Notes under the pieces: model-generated | Seen by the model: only the letters and a program-made list of their open reading frames with translations | Database searches by the model: none | Told to the model about the DNA's origin: nothing | Shown here: piece by piece, positions 61,943 to 64,000 of the stretch | Layout: each line of letters begins with the position of its first letter | Position numbering within the stretch: position 1 is the stretch's first letter | DNA from: an uncultured Planctomycetaceae bacterium | GTDB taxonomy: Bacteria > Planctomycetota > Planctomycetia > Pirellulales > PALSA-1355 | Length of the DNA stretch: 64,000 nt | NCBI GenBank assembly: GCA_963785305.1 | Contig: CAWAUV010000008.1 | Location: forward strand, 160,001-224,000 | Direction: 5' to 3' | Program-made: the position numbers and the translations under genes

Positions 61943-63614
61943 TCAATCCTCGGCGCCGCGAAGCGATTCGAAATAACGCTTTGCCTGCTCGCGATACTCG
62001 CGAGGCAATTGCTGATTTGTCAGCGGGTCGGCGGCCTCGTGGTCAGCGGCGGCGAATCGCTCCTTGATTTCCTCGAGCGTTGCGCCCTTACGGTTCGGCC
62101 CGCGGGCATGGCCCTCGACCGTGCCCGCGCCGGCGCCCACGTTTTGCGAGACACGCGAGTCGAAGAAGCCGGTTTTGGCGGATAGTTCGGGCCCCTGATG
62201 TTGCGCGACACCGACGCCGGCGCCTCGACCGCCAACGCCATTTTTCGCAATGCCTTTTTTGGAGCCGCCTTTGCCGCCGTTCTTCGCGGCGTCGCCCTCT
62301 TGGCAGGCGTCGCAACTGGCGCCGTCTCGCTGTTTGCCTGCCACGCCGGCTTTCGCTTCGCGAATTTGTTCCATGGCGTCGTCGAGCATGGCCAGTTCGG
62401 CGTCGGCCTTTTGCATGCCGGCAAGGTCCTTGCGAAGCTGGGCGAGCGCCTGTTTGGCCTCGGCGCATTGGCCTTGCTTGGCGCAGTCGCCCGCGCGGCC
62501 CAGTTGGCGGCTCATTTGCTTGAGTTGTTTCATGGCGGCGTCTTGTTGACCTAGTTCGTCGCGGCGGGCCTCGAGCGCCTGCTTGGCCGCGGCGTCGCCT
62601 GCGGCTTGGGCGGCGGCGATTTGCCGCTCGACATCGCGAACAGCTTGTTCATGGGCGGCGGCGGCCCGATCAAGTTGCTTTTGCATGGCGGCGAGTTGTT
62701 CGCCCAGGGCCCGACGTTCCTCGGGTTTGAGCTGATCGGCCGCGAGTTTGTGCTCTAGCTTTTCGAGTTCTTTTTGAGCTTTTGCGAGGTCGCCCTGTTT
62801 GAGCGCATCGGCCATTTTTTCACCGGGGCCACGTTCCATCGCCCCCAGTTCGCCGAACCGCTGCCTAACGGTCTTTTCGTTCATGAGCGATTCGCGGCGG
62901 GCGTTCAGTTCCTTGGTCAGATCGTTGAGTTGGGTCAGCGCACGTTTTTCACCCGTGTGTTCGGTGGTCAGTTCACGCGTTCCCTCTTCGAGCTTCTTGA
63001 GCAATTGATCCGCGTCGGCCAGGCCTTGCTCGTGGGCTTCGGCTCGCTTCTTGGCCAGTTTTTCGCCAGAGTCTTCGTGGCCGCGGTCACTTGGCCCGCT
63101 TCAGCCGCCGCGATATCGGGAGCACGCTCCCGCGGCGGCGCTCGCCAGCCGATGCCGATCGCGAGCGCCAAGGCGGCGAGCGGGGCCCAAGCCGAGCGGT
63201 CGAGCCGCGTGGGAAAGAACTCGGAGATCGAAGGCGCTCGAGCCGCTGCTCGGCGTCGCGCACCAAGGCTTGGCCCATCGGCGCGGTCACCTCGTGGGGC
63301 CCCAGGCCCAGGGCCGTGGCCACGCGAGCCTCGAGACCCAGGCGGCGATCGATCTCGATAGCCGTCCGCAACCGGTCGCCTCGAGTTCGCCACGCGACGA
63401 ACGCCGCCGCGACCGGTCCCAAGATGGCCGCCACGATCAGCCAACCGACAATCCAGGCGCCTTGCGGCATGGCCGGCGGCCAAAACTTTCCCACGGCGAT
63501 CGCGAGCGACGCCGACACAAATGCGGCTGATGCCGTCCAGGCGAGCGCTCGGAGAAACCGAGCGACGAATAGCCGCCGACCGGCAGACGCTACGTGTTTC
63601 GCGATCGTTTCCAT
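61943..63614 (-). CDS. Membrane-anchored coiled-coil hypothetical protein; 2 frameshifts
   Basis: N-terminal TMs, EIDRRLGLEARVATAL, Gln/Ala/Lys-rich coiled coil, LPREYREQAKRYFESL end; shifts near 63230 and 63060. Confidence 0.72.
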
Positions 63615-63688
63615 GTTAGGCAATCCTGGAACACACGGGACCGACACCGCGCCGAGCCACATGGCCAGCCGCCACGCGTCTCGGTGGA

Positions 63689-64000
63689 CTATTTCCGGGG
63701 ACTTGTTTCGCTGCTCGTTTCGCCGGTTGTTTCGCTAGCCGCGCTCGGGCCTGAAGGCGCCGCGCCGGAGGGCGCTGGAACTGCATCCACGCCGCCCGGC
63801 GCGGGAATCGCGTCCGAGGTCATCGACGCCGGAAGCATATCGGCATCGGCGCTCGCCGCGTCGGTCCCAGTTCCGCCATCGGCTTTGAACAGGGTCGCTT
63901 TGAGCATCGGCGCGGCATCGCGAATAAAGGCGTGGGCTCGGTTCTGCTCGGCGGTCATGTTTCCCGAATCGGCCACGGGCACGATCACATACATCTTAAA
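63689..64000 (-). CDS. 3' end of a hypothetical protein running off the window
   Basis: Open frame to the window edge with low-complexity Ala/Ser/Pro tail. Confidence 0.5.
   Translation of the reverse strand, partial: FKMYVIVPVADSGNMTAEQNRAHAFIRDAAPMLKATLFKADGGTGTDAASADADMLPASMTSDAIPAPGGVDAVPAPSGAAPSGPSAASETTGETSSETSPRK

Overview
High-GC bacterial chromosomal window, most consistent with a planctomycete (inferred from a PVC-type CxxCH protein, a DUF1598-like protein, a Tat-exported TIM-barrel epimerase and large PstC/PstA forms). About 41 genes are recognisable. Roughly half are split by 1-2 nt indels, including the RpoD-family sigma factor and pstA, so the frameshifts are read as sequencing or assembly error, not pseudogenes. 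Contents: an RND permease/adaptor pair; a stress/dormancy block (PRC-barrel, enolase-family/FAD-FeS oxidoreductase/SDR operon, patatin, Ku, SDR, Mn catalase, LigD); rpoD; qor-trpG/pabA; a GGT-fold protein; pstSCAB-phoU; mnmA-mscS-floA; a second stress block (TPP enzyme-DUF4396-mscS divergent from a GH15 glucoamylase); and several lineage-type hypotheticals. The best hidden signal is non-coding: nine sigma54-type -24/-12 elements (GG-N10-GC, mostly GGCAY...TGC) sit 57-107 nt upstream of the stress, NHEJ and carbohydrate genes in both blocks, two pairs back-to-back, suggesting a sigma54-driven regulon that includes Ku and LigD. Other notable items: a GGT homologue missing most catalytic residues, a CTAG-flanked 176-bp MITE-like element with nested REP-like hairpins, a 55-aa tandem duplication in the RND tail, and a Pho-box-like site exactly 10 nt from a -10 upstream of pstS. 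No CRISPR array, tRNA, rRNA, transposase or integrase was seen.
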